Shown in pieces: positions 50,179 through 59,850 of a stretch of DNA of 64,000 nt. Made by a program: the position numbers and the translations under genes. The notes under the pieces are model-generated. The model made no database searches, was not told the origin of the DNA, and saw only the letters and a list, made by a program, of their open reading frames with translations. Positions within the stretch are counted from its first letter, which is position 1, and every line of letters begins with the position of its first letter. Origin of the DNA: Bacillota bacterium (GTDB lineage Bacteria > Bacillota > Clostridia > Oscillospirales > Ruminococcaceae); the NCBI GenBank assembly GCA_023431215.1, contig JAEYXR010000048.1, forward strand, positions 2,995 through 66,994, in the 5' to 3' direction.

Positions 50179-51459
50179 TTATTGTGGTTGCGTACCATTA
50201 AAATCCATACCTTGAATCTTGGCGGAAAGCTCTGTCAGCAGCTGTTCACCCCCAAATCCTCCCGATTTGGAAATTAACTGAAAGGTCTGTCCGCAATATT
50301 CCAGACGAGAAAGAACCACCCCGCCCGAAAGCTCACAAATAGGCTCCAGCACATCACAACCAATTTGCTGCATAAAGGCCAGCAGCGTATCTCCACCGGT
50401 AATCATCAGGTTCTTTTTTACTCCACTGTCCAGCAGCTTTTTTACCAAACAACCTATTCTTTTGGCAACTTCAGTACGGAGCTGCTCTAAAGACAACTCT
50501 GCCTGTGCCTCATTCCTGCCTGTGGGTAACAGCTCCTCTAGGTCCTCGGCTAGCTCGTTGGTATCAATAATAACATCCTCATTGGCTTCGCAAAGCTTTA
50601 CCCATTGTTTGATGGTTTCTTTGCCTTCCTGAGTTTCCGGCCAGCCGGGTTTTAGCTTTTGATGTGCAGTCAACCGGATATGGGTAAACCCCTGCTGTGC
50701 AGCAGCGGCTATTTGCTGCTGGGTAATGGGGTTTACACTGCCGCAGGCTACCAAAAGGCCTTTATCAAAGCTTGGAAGTGTAGGAATGTGGCCGCTCAAA
50801 CCCATTAATGCAGGCAGCATGGCGGCAAACCCGGCACAGCCTGCCAACAGATGCAGTTCCCCTCTTTCTTCCAGACAATTGGCAATGGCTGTCAAATCCC
50901 CGTCTTCTACTGCATCATAAAGCAGTATTCCTTGATGTGGGGCAGCAGCCTGCAATGTAACCTTATGTACTGCCGTTGGGGTTTGAGCCGCAATAATCTG
51001 CGAAACATCTGAAACCAGCACCGGCTCAAAAGGGTCTTTACCAAAGGGACTTTGTGCCACCGGAACGCCATTTACATAGTGGATGCCGTCTACGGTGGTT
51101 CTGCCCTGCTTTGGAAAAGCCGGCACAAAGTGCAGCCGCTGCTCTTTGGTGCCTGCCAGCATGGCGGCAAGCTCACTGCCAATGTTGCCCCGCAGTGCCG
51201 AATCTGTCTTTTTATACAGGTAAGGAATGCCAGCCTTTTGCGCCCGGCGGGCAATCTCTACAATAATGTCGTATGCCTGCCCGGGAGAAAGATGGCGGGT
51301 TTCGGCATCCTGTACCAGCACTTCTACACCGCTGTTTGTTTTTTCATAATCACACCCGCGGCTGACCACCACCCGGGTGGCCGCGCCGCTGGCAGAAAAC
51401 TGAACACCGGTATCCAATGCTCCGGTAAAATCGTCCGCAATAATCAAAAGCTTTACCAT
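50179..51459 (-). CDS. DUF1537 four-carbon acid-sugar kinase (DtnK/DenK-like)
   Basis: IIADDFTGALD, KKTDSALRGN, PAFPKQGR, TGGDT, SKSGGFG. Confidence 0.92.
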   Translation of the reverse strand: MVKLLIIADDFTGALDTGVQFSASGAATRVVVSRGCDYEKTNSGVEVLVQDAETRHLSPGQAYDIIVEIARRAQKAGIPYLYKKTDSALRGNIGSELAAMLAGTKEQRLHFVPAFPKQGRTTVDGIHYVNGVPVAQSPFGKDPFEPVLVSDVSQIIAAQTPTAVHKVTLQAAAPHQGILLYDAVEDGDLTAIANCLEERGELHLLAGCAGFAAMLPALMGLSGHIPTLPSFDKGLLVACGSVNPITQQQIAAAAQQGFTHIRLTAHQKLKPGWPETQEGKETIKQWVKLCEANEDVIIDTNELAEDLEELLPTGRNEAQAELSLEQLRTEVAKRIGCLVKKLLDSGVKKNLMITGGDTLLAFMQQIGCDVLEPICELSGGVVLSRLEYCGQTFQLISKSGGFGGEQLLTELSAKIQGMDFNGTQPQ

Positions 51460-51481
51460 AGGCTGTACATTCCAATCTTTT

Positions 51482-53422
51482 TTATGCTGCAACGGGGTTG
51501 CTGGTTAGTTTTTTATGCTTGAGGTAGCAGTATACCAATATGATAGCGCCGATAATACCGCCAACAATGGTTAACGCCATTATTGGAAGTACAATAGCTA
51601 CTGCAACAACCATCATCAAAATACGTAGGGGTATATTGTTAATGGCATAAAAGAGATAGCCGGAAATGCTTGCGGCCAAAAAGATAATGCCGTAGACCAA
51701 AATCAAAACGTTGATAACGATCTCCATGAAAGTACCCATGAGCAGCAGAGAGGGTTCAAATACAAACACATAGGGAACCAGGAAAGAAACCAATGAATAT
51801 GCAAAGGCTGTCCATCCGGTTTTCCAGGAGCTTGCCCCTGCTATGCCCGCCGCAGTAAAGGAAGCTAGGCAAACGGGAGGAGTGATTTGCGCAATAACGC
51901 CAAAGTAGAAAATGAACATATTGGCACACAGCACAGGAATTCCCAGGCTGATAAGGGTGGAGCAGAACAAAATATTGGCTATGAGGTATGCTGCAACGGT
52001 TGGCAGTGCCATACCCAGCAAAATGCATCCCAACATGGCAAAGATAAGTGCCAGGGCTGTGCTGGAGCTTCCGGCGGCGCTGATGAGCTTGGTGAGCTTG
52101 TTGGCAACACCGCTCTGCACCACAATACCAATCATAATACCGCAGGCTGCGGTTGGAATGGCAATGTTGGCAGCCTGCTTGGCACCGTCCATGATAGCAT
52201 CTACAAACTGCTTTGCACTCATCCGTGTCTTAGGAGAGAAAAGGCTAACAACTATAGCCATGCCGGTGCCAACCAAAGCGGCACGGGTAAGAGAGCTTCC
52301 CATAAATATCATGGCTACCAGCAGCAAAATGGGCAGCAGCTGATACAGGCGAGGGGTAATGGGGTCACTGTGGAACACAATTTTTTCCTGCACCTGGGTA
52401 AGGCTGCGACGCTTTGCAAGAAAATGCACCAATAAAAACACCGACCCGTAGTAGCAAAGGGCTGGTATGATTGCTGCCATGGCAATTTTGGTGTAGCTTA
52501 TACCAATCATTTCTGCCATGATAAAGGCGCCTACCCCCATAATGGGAGGCATAATCTGGCCACCGGTAGAAGCCACAGCCTCAATGGCTCCTGCCTGCTC
52601 GGGGGTGTAGCCCGCTTTTTTCATCAAGGGTATGGTCATAACACCGGTGCTGGTAACGTTGGCAACCGCACTGCCGGAAATCATGCCCATCAGCCCGCTG
52701 GAAACCACTGCCGCCTTGGCAGGTCCGCCGGCTGTTTTGTCGCTCATCTTCATTCCCAAATCAATGAGAACCTGGCCGCCGCCGCAAACCGAAAAGAATG
52801 CGCCAAACAGCAGGAAATAGAAGAGTGTATTGACCGAGCTGGAAAGAGGAGAGCCCAGAATACCGTTGACATCCATCACCATCACTTCGCCAAAGCCCTG
52901 CCAGCTCATGCCACGGAAGCGGAACATACCGGGAATATGCTGACCAATAAAGGCATAGGCAATAAAAATGCAGATAAAGATGAACAAATTCATACCCATG
53001 GTACGCCGTACAGCTTCCATTACCACAAACAAAAGCAAATAAGCACACAAAAGGTCAGCAGTGGTCATAACATCTACATTGTAAATACGATTTTGCAGAT
53101 AAGATAGGTTGGAAATAAAGTAGAAGGCAATATAGGCAATTGCGCCCTGCAGCACAATGTCATAGCCCCATGCCAGAGTTTTGGTGAGGGGAGATGTACA
53201 TTTGTCTGCCACGGGTTTGAACAAAAAGGCAATGGAAAGGCCAAGGCAAAGATGAATAGGCACCTGAATCCATTTATCCAAGGGCTTATAAAGAGCAATA
53301 TAAAGCTGAAAACAAACTAAAATAACCGAAAGAACAGCCAATACCCCATAACGCCATTTGGGCATGGCTGCTTTGGGTTTTTCGGCGGGGACGTTGCCAA
53401 CTGCGGCAGAAACTTTTTTCAC
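51482..53422 (-). CDS. Fused TRAP permease (TAXI-associated DctQM)
   Basis: GGPAKAAV, SGSAVAN, STGGQIMPPIMG, LGMALPT, ITPPV. Confidence 0.93.
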   Translation of the reverse strand: MKKVSAAVGNVPAEKPKAAMPKWRYGVLAVLSVILVCFQLYIALYKPLDKWIQVPIHLCLGLSIAFLFKPVADKCTSPLTKTLAWGYDIVLQGAIAYIAFYFISNLSYLQNRIYNVDVMTTADLLCAYLLLFVVMEAVRRTMGMNLFIFICIFIAYAFIGQHIPGMFRFRGMSWQGFGEVMVMDVNGILGSPLSSSVNTLFYFLLFGAFFSVCGGGQVLIDLGMKMSDKTAGGPAKAAVVSSGLMGMISGSAVANVTSTGVMTIPLMKKAGYTPEQAGAIEAVASTGGQIMPPIMGVGAFIMAEMIGISYTKIAMAAIIPALCYYGSVFLLVHFLAKRRSLTQVQEKIVFHSDPITPRLYQLLPILLLVAMIFMGSSLTRAALVGTGMAIVVSLFSPKTRMSAKQFVDAIMDGAKQAANIAIPTAACGIMIGIVVQSGVANKLTKLISAAGSSSTALALIFAMLGCILLGMALPTVAAYLIANILFCSTLISLGIPVLCANMFIFYFGVIAQITPPVCLASFTAAGIAGASSWKTGWTAFAYSLVSFLVPYVFVFEPSLLLMGTFMEIVINVLILVYGIIFLAASISGYLFYAINNIPLRILMMVVAVAIVLPIMALTIVGGIIGAIILVYCYLKHKKLTSNPVAA

Positions 53423-53505
53423 AACGAAACCTCCTTGATAAGGGACAAGACCGGGAGCCTGTCAGAACCCCGGTCTTGCCCAATCCTGTTCAAACCAGAC
53501 CAACT

Positions 53506-54582
53506 TTATTTCATGTAGCCAGCTTCCTTGAAGTACTTGGCTGCGCCGGGATGAAGCTCAATGCCGCCAACTTTTTCAGATTCCCAGCAGGTTGCAGGGT
53601 CAAAGGGCTCAACAGAGCCAAGAACGCTTACCAGGTAATCGCGGTTTTCGCACATAATTTTGGTAAGGTTATACACCACATCCTCCTCCAGGTCAGAGCG
53701 GACGAAAATGCAGTCAGGGGTACCGGGGTTGGTAATTTCTGTGGTCTGTCCGCTAAAGGAGTTTGCGGGCAGAGTAACGCGCTGAAAGCCTTTTTCTTTT
53801 ACAAAATACTCTACAGTCGCATCTTCCCACTGCATAAACTCAACATCACAGGTCATGGCAATTTCAGTCATGGTGGAGGAGCTGGGAGAAGTGTGGTCCA
53901 GCATGTAGTCCAGCTTGCCGTCCTTTACCATAGAAGAAAGGTCAGAGCCGCCGCCATGGACAATGCTGCCGCCCCAGGATTTGATGTCATCCTCGGTGAC
54001 GCCAAGGTATTCCAGCAAAAGTACAACCACCTCGTTATCCATAGAGCCTACAGGGCTGCAGCCAATGCGGATGGGCAGCTTTTGGCGAATGGCCTCTTCA
54101 ATGGAAGAAACACTATGTTTCTTCATAAACGCCTTGCTCATAAAGTTAACGGCGCTGACGTTGGTAAGACCGCCCAGCATTGCCTTGTAGCCGGTAGCGG
54201 GGGCTTTGCCAAGGGTGCCCTTTTCGGCTGCCCATTTGGCAGGTGCACCGTTGATAAAGGTCAGGTCGCATTTATTGCTTTGGAAAAGGTAGGGCGCACC
54301 CATGCCGCCGGGGCTGATGGGCTGTACGTCTACTGTGATTGCACCCTTTTCTTCCCACAGCTTGGCAAGCTCGGCAGAAAGATTGTAGTTGCTGGTACCT
54401 ACCTCGTGGGTAGCAAACATCACATTTACCTGTGCAGCGGGAGCCGCACTTGATGCAGGGGCAGACTCAGAGCTGGATGCAGGGGTGCTGCTTGCCGTAG
54501 GAGTAGATCCGCAAGCTGCCATTGTAGCACACATGACAGCAGCCATGCCAAATGCCAAAATCTTTTTTAAATGCTTTTTCAT
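53506..54582 (-). CDS. TAXI-family TRAP substrate-binding lipoprotein
   Basis: Lipobox MAAC, Ser/Ala/Pro linker, EDVVYNLTK, ELHPGAAKYFKE. Confidence 0.92.
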   Translation of the reverse strand: MKKHLKKILAFGMAAVMCATMAACGSTPTASSTPASSSESAPASSAAPAAQVNVMFATHEVGTSNYNLSAELAKLWEEKGAITVDVQPISPGGMGAPYLFQSNKCDLTFINGAPAKWAAEKGTLGKAPATGYKAMLGGLTNVSAVNFMSKAFMKKHSVSSIEEAIRQKLPIRIGCSPVGSMDNEVVVLLLEYLGVTEDDIKSWGGSIVHGGGSDLSSMVKDGKLDYMLDHTSPSSSTMTEIAMTCDVEFMQWEDATVEYFVKEKGFQRVTLPANSFSGQTTEITNPGTPDCIFVRSDLEEDVVYNLTKIMCENRDYLVSVLGSVEPFDPATCWESEKVGGIELHPGAAKYFKEAGYMK

Positions 54583-54648
54583 GGTTTGCCTCCATTCTAT
54601 TTCATTGTTTTTTAAAACAACCCAATGCCCGGTTGCTTTGTTGCTTTC

Positions 54649-54775
54649 ATTTTATTAAATATGGACGTGTGAAACAAGGATACCCGGACGCAAAATACGT
54701 TAAATTATGAAACACTGGTAAAAAATGTTTGTATTGTTATAGGCATAATGGTATACTATGTTTCAATATTAAACA
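54649..54775. promoter_or_regulatory. Divergent SigA-type promoters with two 17-bp inverted-repeat operator candidates
   Basis: Minus: TTGTTT-17-TAAAAT (54677-54649). Plus: TTGTAT-17-TATACT (54729-54757). Sites: CGTTAAATTATGAAACA (54698-54714) and TGTTTCAATATTAAACA (54759-54775). Confidence 0.6.
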
Positions 54776-54796
54776 TTTTAGGAGGTGTGAAGTAAA

Positions 54797-56614
54797 ATGA
54801 CAGCTGTAAAGACGCGTGTTCTTGCCATTGCCCCCTATGAGGAAATGAAGGAGCAGCTGGAACGCATTGCAGGGCTTTATGAGGATATTGAGCTTACGGT
54901 GTTTGTAGGTGACCTGGGACAGGGTGCAGAAATTGCCAAAAGTAATTTTCATGCAGATTATGATGTCATTTTATCTCGCGGCGGTACCGCAAAGCTGATT
55001 CAGAGCATGGTTCCTCTGCCGGTAATAGAAATCGGCATCTCTTTGTACGACATCCTGTGTGCGTTTAATCTGGCCATTTCATCTTTGCCTCCTCAAAGCC
55101 AGGAGAATAAACGTATGGCGGTAGTGGGGTTTGACAGCATCACCAAAAATGCTTATTTATTGTGTGAAGTATTAAACTTTGACCTGGACGTTTATACCAT
55201 TGAGTCTACCGATATGGTAAAACCCATCTTACAAAGACTAAAGCAAAGCGGCTGCCCCATGGTCCTTTGTGATATGGTGGCAAACACCACAGCAACCCAG
55301 CTGGGGCTGAATACTTATTTAATCAACTCCGGTACCGACAGCATCCGTGCCGCCTTGGATCAGGTAAGGCTACTGGCAAAAAGCCATGATGCCCTGTTGG
55401 AGGAAAATCATTTTTTACGCAAGCTTTTGCTGTATCAGGGAACCAATACAGTGGTGTTTGACGACAGCCAAAAGCTCTTCTTTTCTTCCTTGCCGGAGGA
55501 TGCCGAAAGTGATGTTGTATTACAGATGCTCCATGAAGAAATTGAAGCCACGCAAAGTGAGGTAAAGCGTAAGATTCTGCGTAACAAAAAGGGCATTATT
55601 TATACCATTTTTGCCCGGCGTATTCATACATTGCATCATCATTACATTGCCTTTTTCTTTACCACCCGGCAGGCACTGCCCCAGTCCAACCGGTGTGGAA
55701 TCAGTTTTCCAACCAAAAAAGAAGTAGAAGAGTTTTACTTTAATAGCATTTTTAGTGTATCAGGGGCGCTGGATAGTATTAAGAGCACCTTTGAAGGGCC
55801 TATGCTGTCGGGAATTCCACTGATGATTGTAGGAGAGGACGGCTCAGGAAAACAACAGGCAATGAACGGCTTGTACCTAAACAGCATCAAGGATGAATGT
55901 CCGTTGGTCAATATAAACTGTGAGCTATTAAGTGAAAAAACATGGGATTTTTTGCTGGATAACATCAACTCCCCCTTGTGTGACACCGGCAATATTCTGC
56001 ATTTTCACAATGTGGATGCCCTGAGCAGAGAAATGGCACATGAGCTGATTGCTTCCCTACAGGTAATGGCAGTTTGCAAAAACAACCGTGTGCTGTTTAG
56101 CTGTACCCGTGATGCCCATGGTGGCATTTCTGCCATTAGCAGAGAATTTGTACGGGGGCTGGATACCATTTTAGTACCGTTGCCCGCTTTGCGCGAACAT
56201 GCCGAAACCATTCCGTACCTGGTCAGCATTTATCTGAACAGGATAAACCCCCAACTGGAAAAACAGGTTGCGGGAATTGCACCGGACGGTATGGCGTTGC
56301 TGCAAGGCTATTCCTGGCCCCATAACTATACTCAGTTTAAAAGAGTCTTGCGGGAGCTTGCCATCATAGCCAAAGGCCCCATTGTCAGTGGTGATGAAAT
56401 ACGCGCCGCACTGGTTAAGGAAAAGAGTGTTGCCAGCATTTCTATGCGGGCGCTGGATTCTGCCCAGCCCATTGACCTTACCCGAACATTGGCAGAAATA
56501 GAAAAAGAGGTAGTGCAGCGGGTACTCAAGGACATGGGCAACAATCAAACCACAGCGGCAAAAAGGCTGGGTATTAGCAGAACTACCCTTTGGCGCATGA
56601 CACAAATACCCTAG
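54797..56614 (+). CDS. PrpR-N / degenerate AAA+ / Fis-HTH transcriptional regulator
   Basis: ILSRGGTA (PrpR_N), GEDGSGK, YSWPHN, NQTTAAKRLGISRTTLWR; no GAFTGA motif. Confidence 0.88.
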   Translation: MTAVKTRVLAIAPYEEMKEQLERIAGLYEDIELTVFVGDLGQGAEIAKSNFHADYDVILSRGGTAKLIQSMVPLPVIEIGISLYDILCAFNLAISSLPPQSQENKRMAVVGFDSITKNAYLLCEVLNFDLDVYTIESTDMVKPILQRLKQSGCPMVLCDMVANTTATQLGLNTYLINSGTDSIRAALDQVRLLAKSHDALLEENHFLRKLLLYQGTNTVVFDDSQKLFFSSLPEDAESDVVLQMLHEEIEATQSEVKRKILRNKKGIIYTIFARRIHTLHHHYIAFFFTTRQALPQSNRCGISFPTKKEVEEFYFNSIFSVSGALDSIKSTFEGPMLSGIPLMIVGEDGSGKQQAMNGLYLNSIKDECPLVNINCELLSEKTWDFLLDNINSPLCDTGNILHFHNVDALSREMAHELIASLQVMAVCKNNRVLFSCTRDAHGGISAISREFVRGLDTILVPLPALREHAETIPYLVSIYLNRINPQLEKQVAGIAPDGMALLQGYSWPHNYTQFKRVLRELAIIAKGPIVSGDEIRAALVKEKSVASISMRALDSAQPIDLTRTLAEIEKEVVQRVLKDMGNNQTTAAKRLGISRTTLWRMTQIP

Positions 56615-56660
56615 ACGCAACAAAAACCGCCTCTTAACTGAGGCGGTTTTTGTTGCGTCT
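56613..56660. terminator. Bidirectional terminator with a 21-bp perfect stem
   Basis: AGACGCAACAAAAACCGCCTC-TTAACT-GAGGCGGTTTTTGTTGCGTCT. Confidence 0.9.
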
Positions 56661-56792
56661 GGCACTGTAATTAGCTTTGAGTAAATGTGATATTACAAAC
56701 ATTCATTGCTATAATATGTAAACTCCAACCTAAAGACATGTGAAACTGAAACATAAAAAAGTGCGGTATTGTTACATACCGCACTTCTGATT

Positions 56793-57521
56793 CTATAGCT
56801 GCAATAGTTGGCGCAGCTCCTTAATTTTATCTCTGCCAATAGGCAGCTGCTCCTTGAAGCCCTGCATATGAAGCCCAAAGCAGCTACCCGTCCATGGAAA
56901 AATATCGGTAATAAGCCGAAGCTGAACCAGATAGCTTTTATGAATACGATAAAAACCCAAGGGTACAAGCTTTTTTTCATACTCTGACATTGCGCTGTTT
57001 TCTGTATAATCCCCGTTTGTGGTATGAATGATACAACCTCTGCCATGACCGTCGGTTTCTACATAAACTACCTGCTGAATATCAATTAGCATGGTATGAC
57101 GGTTACTGTTGGTGACTGCCAGCTTACCCAAAGGTACCGGAGCAGTCCTGGTAGGCTGCAGCCGGCTACCACGGCGGTACCGTGCCAAAACCTGAGCCAA
57201 TCTATCTGCGGAAAAAGGCTTTAAAATATAATCATCCACCTCAAGCTCAAAGGCTTTTGCCGCATAATCCGAATAAGCGGTAGCAAATATGATGTAGGCT
57301 TGGGGCATCATTTTACGCGCTACCCCGGCCAGTACAGTTCCTTCTACATCGCCCAAATGGATATCAATAAACAAAAGATCGAAGGTTTGGCTGCCCATAA
57401 GCTCCAATGCCTGATTGCCGCTGGAAGCTTCTTCTATCTCCACTCCCGGCAGTAGCTTGCGAAGCTGGTGAATCAGCTCACTACGGGCGGGGCGCTCATC
57501 ATCAATCACTGCTATCCGCAT
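56793..57521 (-). CDS. LytTR-family response regulator (LytT/YpdB-like)
   Basis: Receiver IDDE..FIDI..ATAY..ILKP; LytTR FYRIHKSYLV. Confidence 0.92.
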   Translation of the reverse strand: MRIAVIDDERPARSELIHQLRKLLPGVEIEEASSGNQALELMGSQTFDLLFIDIHLGDVEGTVLAGVARKMMPQAYIIFATAYSDYAAKAFELEVDDYILKPFSADRLAQVLARYRRGSRLQPTRTAPVPLGKLAVTNSNRHTMLIDIQQVVYVETDGHGRGCIIHTTNGDYTENSAMSEYEKKLVPLGFYRIHKSYLVQLRLITDIFPWTGSCFGLHMQGFKEQLPIGRDKIKELRQLLQL

Positions 57522-59229
57522 GAGATTCGCTCCTCTCCTCTGTGGATTTGATAGCGTCTGCTGTTTGAATGGGTATGGCTAGGGTTACCTTAGAACCGGA
57601 TACTGCGCTGGCAATACACAGGCCATGATCTTTGCCGTACATTGCCTGCAGACGCCTGTGAACGTTAAACAACCCTGAGTAATGGTTCGCCCCGTCATCT
57701 TTCAGCAGCTGTTCCACTATCTGGGGATGAAAACCGGGTCCCTCATCCTCCACCGTCAGCAGCAGCTCGCCCTCCTGTTCCTTTACACCAATGGTCACCC
57801 TCCGTTTGCCGTCGGCACTTATGCCATGCTTTACTGCATTTTCTACAATGGGCTGCAGTATCAGCGGCGGCACCATATAATCCGGCTTCTTCTCTATCTT
57901 CCACTCTATCAGTAAACTTTCTTCAAAGCGAGCTTCTTCCAGCGTCAGATAATTTTCTACCGCCTTCAGCTCTTCCTGCAGGGGTATTTGCTCCTGATTG
58001 ATTTCCAGCATATGACGAAAATAATCTGCCATTGCCAACAGCAACCCGCGAATACGTTCGGGATTTTCACGGCTGACCGAAGATAGGGTGTTTAGCGCGT
58101 TATAAAAAAAGTGAGGATTGATTTGAGCCTGCAGGGCACGAAATTCTGCCCGGCGCCGTAACCTTTTTTGATGCTCCAGCTCCGAAAGCTCCAGCATGGT
58201 GGAAAAAAGCCTTGCCAACCCCTGAATAAAGCCGATATCTGCTGCCAGCAGCTGCCATCTGCGCTGTACCAACAGCACCAGCGCTCCAATGGCTGTTCCC
58301 TGATAAGTCAGCGGAGCCGCAATTGAGATGCTGCCGCCGGGTATCATCAGTGCCCGCTCCTCGCCGGAGGTACGTACAATGGTTTTTATTTGCTTCATCG
58401 CTTCTTTTGCAATATCAGGAAGCCCTGCCGAAAGCAGCTCTCCCCCGCTGTCGGCCAGCACCTGCTGCAAATCTGTTACTATCACCTGGTACTCCGGTGC
58501 ATAGTTACAAATAATTTCTACTGTGCGTTTAATCTCTTCGCGGTTTTGCAGTCCGCTTCTCAGGTGAGGCAGGCACTGCTCTGCAATGGCCAGCACCAAC
58601 CCCTGACGAACCGCTGCTTCCTGCTCACGCTCCCGAAAAAGGCGATCAAACACCGATATAAACATGACCATACCAAAAGAGTTCAGCAAAATCATGGGCA
58701 GTGATATGACCCCAACCAGCTGAACGGCAGCATCAAACGGTTTGGCGATTATGAGAATAATCAACATTTGTGCAATTTCTGCACCAGCAGTAAGCAGTGC
58801 AACAGAAAGATTTTTATTTTTAAGCTTACCCCGATGGCGGCGCAGATTCCAGTGAGCCAGTACACCCATCAGCCCCTCAAAAAAGGTGGATACTGCACAG
58901 GCAATGGCAGTAAAGCCACCAATATCGAACAGATAGCGGTGCAATCCGCCAATAAATGCGGCCCCCAAACCCACTATTGGGCCACCCAGCAGACCTGCCG
59001 CCAAAACCCCAATGACACGGGTGTTGACAATGGCACCCTGCACCTGTACACCGGTGTAAGTAGAAAGAATACTGACCAGACCAAAAATTAATGCCAAAAG
59101 CAGCTGATTGCCCAAGCTGCGGTTATCCTGCAGCAGTTGCCGCATCAGCCGTGTTTCTGCAAGCAGGCTAGCCACCATAACCAAAAAACCCACACTCAGC
59201 AACATACTGACAAAGATGTTATCCAGCAT
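57502..59229 (-). CDS. LytS-type 5TM-LYT sensor histidine kinase
   Basis: NTR..GLLGGP..GGLHR, LQAQINPHFFYNALN, LQPIVENAVKHG. Confidence 0.93.
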   Translation of the reverse strand: MLDNIFVSMLLSVGFLVMVASLLAETRLMRQLLQDNRSLGNQLLLALIFGLVSILSTYTGVQVQGAIVNTRVIGVLAAGLLGGPIVGLGAAFIGGLHRYLFDIGGFTAIACAVSTFFEGLMGVLAHWNLRRHRGKLKNKNLSVALLTAGAEIAQMLIILIIAKPFDAAVQLVGVISLPMILLNSFGMVMFISVFDRLFREREQEAAVRQGLVLAIAEQCLPHLRSGLQNREEIKRTVEIICNYAPEYQVIVTDLQQVLADSGGELLSAGLPDIAKEAMKQIKTIVRTSGEERALMIPGGSISIAAPLTYQGTAIGALVLLVQRRWQLLAADIGFIQGLARLFSTMLELSELEHQKRLRRRAEFRALQAQINPHFFYNALNTLSSVSRENPERIRGLLLAMADYFRHMLEINQEQIPLQEELKAVENYLTLEEARFEESLLIEWKIEKKPDYMVPPLILQPIVENAVKHGISADGKRRVTIGVKEQEGELLLTVEDEGPGFHPQIVEQLLKDDGANHYSGLFNVHRRLQAMYGKDHGLCIASAVSGSKVTLAIPIQTADAIKSTEERSESHADSSD

Positions 59230-59471
59230 ACCGTTGACTCCTTATTTTCTGTTTTGTCATAAAAATCAATTCATAGAGATAGGGCTTTATAGTTTAGTTT
59301 TAATACTTTTAGTATTAAACTCTTATAGTCTACATTTTTTTATCTTTCCAAAATATCACTAACTTATCATCATTAATGTAAGTTTTGTAAAGTAAGAAAA
59401 AGCGACCTTCTGTGTGTAATCTGTTTTTAGTTTAGCATAAAATTCCAATTTCTTCTACTTTTTTCTAAAAT

Positions 59472-59511
59472 AGCCAAAAGAGCGTCCCGCTTTGGGGACG
59501 CTCTTTTGGCT
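59472..59511. terminator. Terminator after cstA and the small Cys-rich gene
   Basis: AGCCAAAAGAGCGTCCC...GGGACGCTCTTTTGGCT. Confidence 0.8.
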
Positions 59512-59548
59512 TTGTATTTCAATGGAGTGTAAGGGCATTCATTCTGAA

Positions 59549-59743
59549 TTATTTTTTATCTTCCTCGGGCAAGTGCTTTGGTTCTCCCTTGCAGGTGCGC
59601 CCTTGCTGACAGTATCGCGGACAACCGCCGCAAAGCTTTCCACCTAGCTTGGCACCTTTTTTCTGGCTGTCGTTTACCACCCAGTACAGAAGCGCAACTG
59701 CTGCAATAAGAACAATACCTACAAAAATGTCTCCCGGTGTCAT
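59549..59743 (-). CDS. Small single-TM Cys-rich protein (FeoB-associated Cys-rich-like)
   Basis: MTPGDIFVGIVLIAAVALLYWVV..KKG..CGGCPRYCQQGRTC; RBS GGGAG. Confidence 0.65.
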   Translation of the reverse strand: MTPGDIFVGIVLIAAVALLYWVVNDSQKKGAKLGGKLCGGCPRYCQQGRTCKGEPKHLPEEDKK

Positions 59744-59850
59744 ATCGTTGCTCCCTTCTGCCACAGGCACAAATTTAATTAATCTGCTAACAACGCCTTT
59801 TTCATATCTATCCTAAGAACCAAAATGCATCTGTCTAAATAAGCGTATTC

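Noticed and set aside
54583..54796. Sigma54 (-24/-12) promoter
   Set aside because: No TGGCA-N6-TTGC with correct spacing was found, and the regulator lacks GAFTGA.
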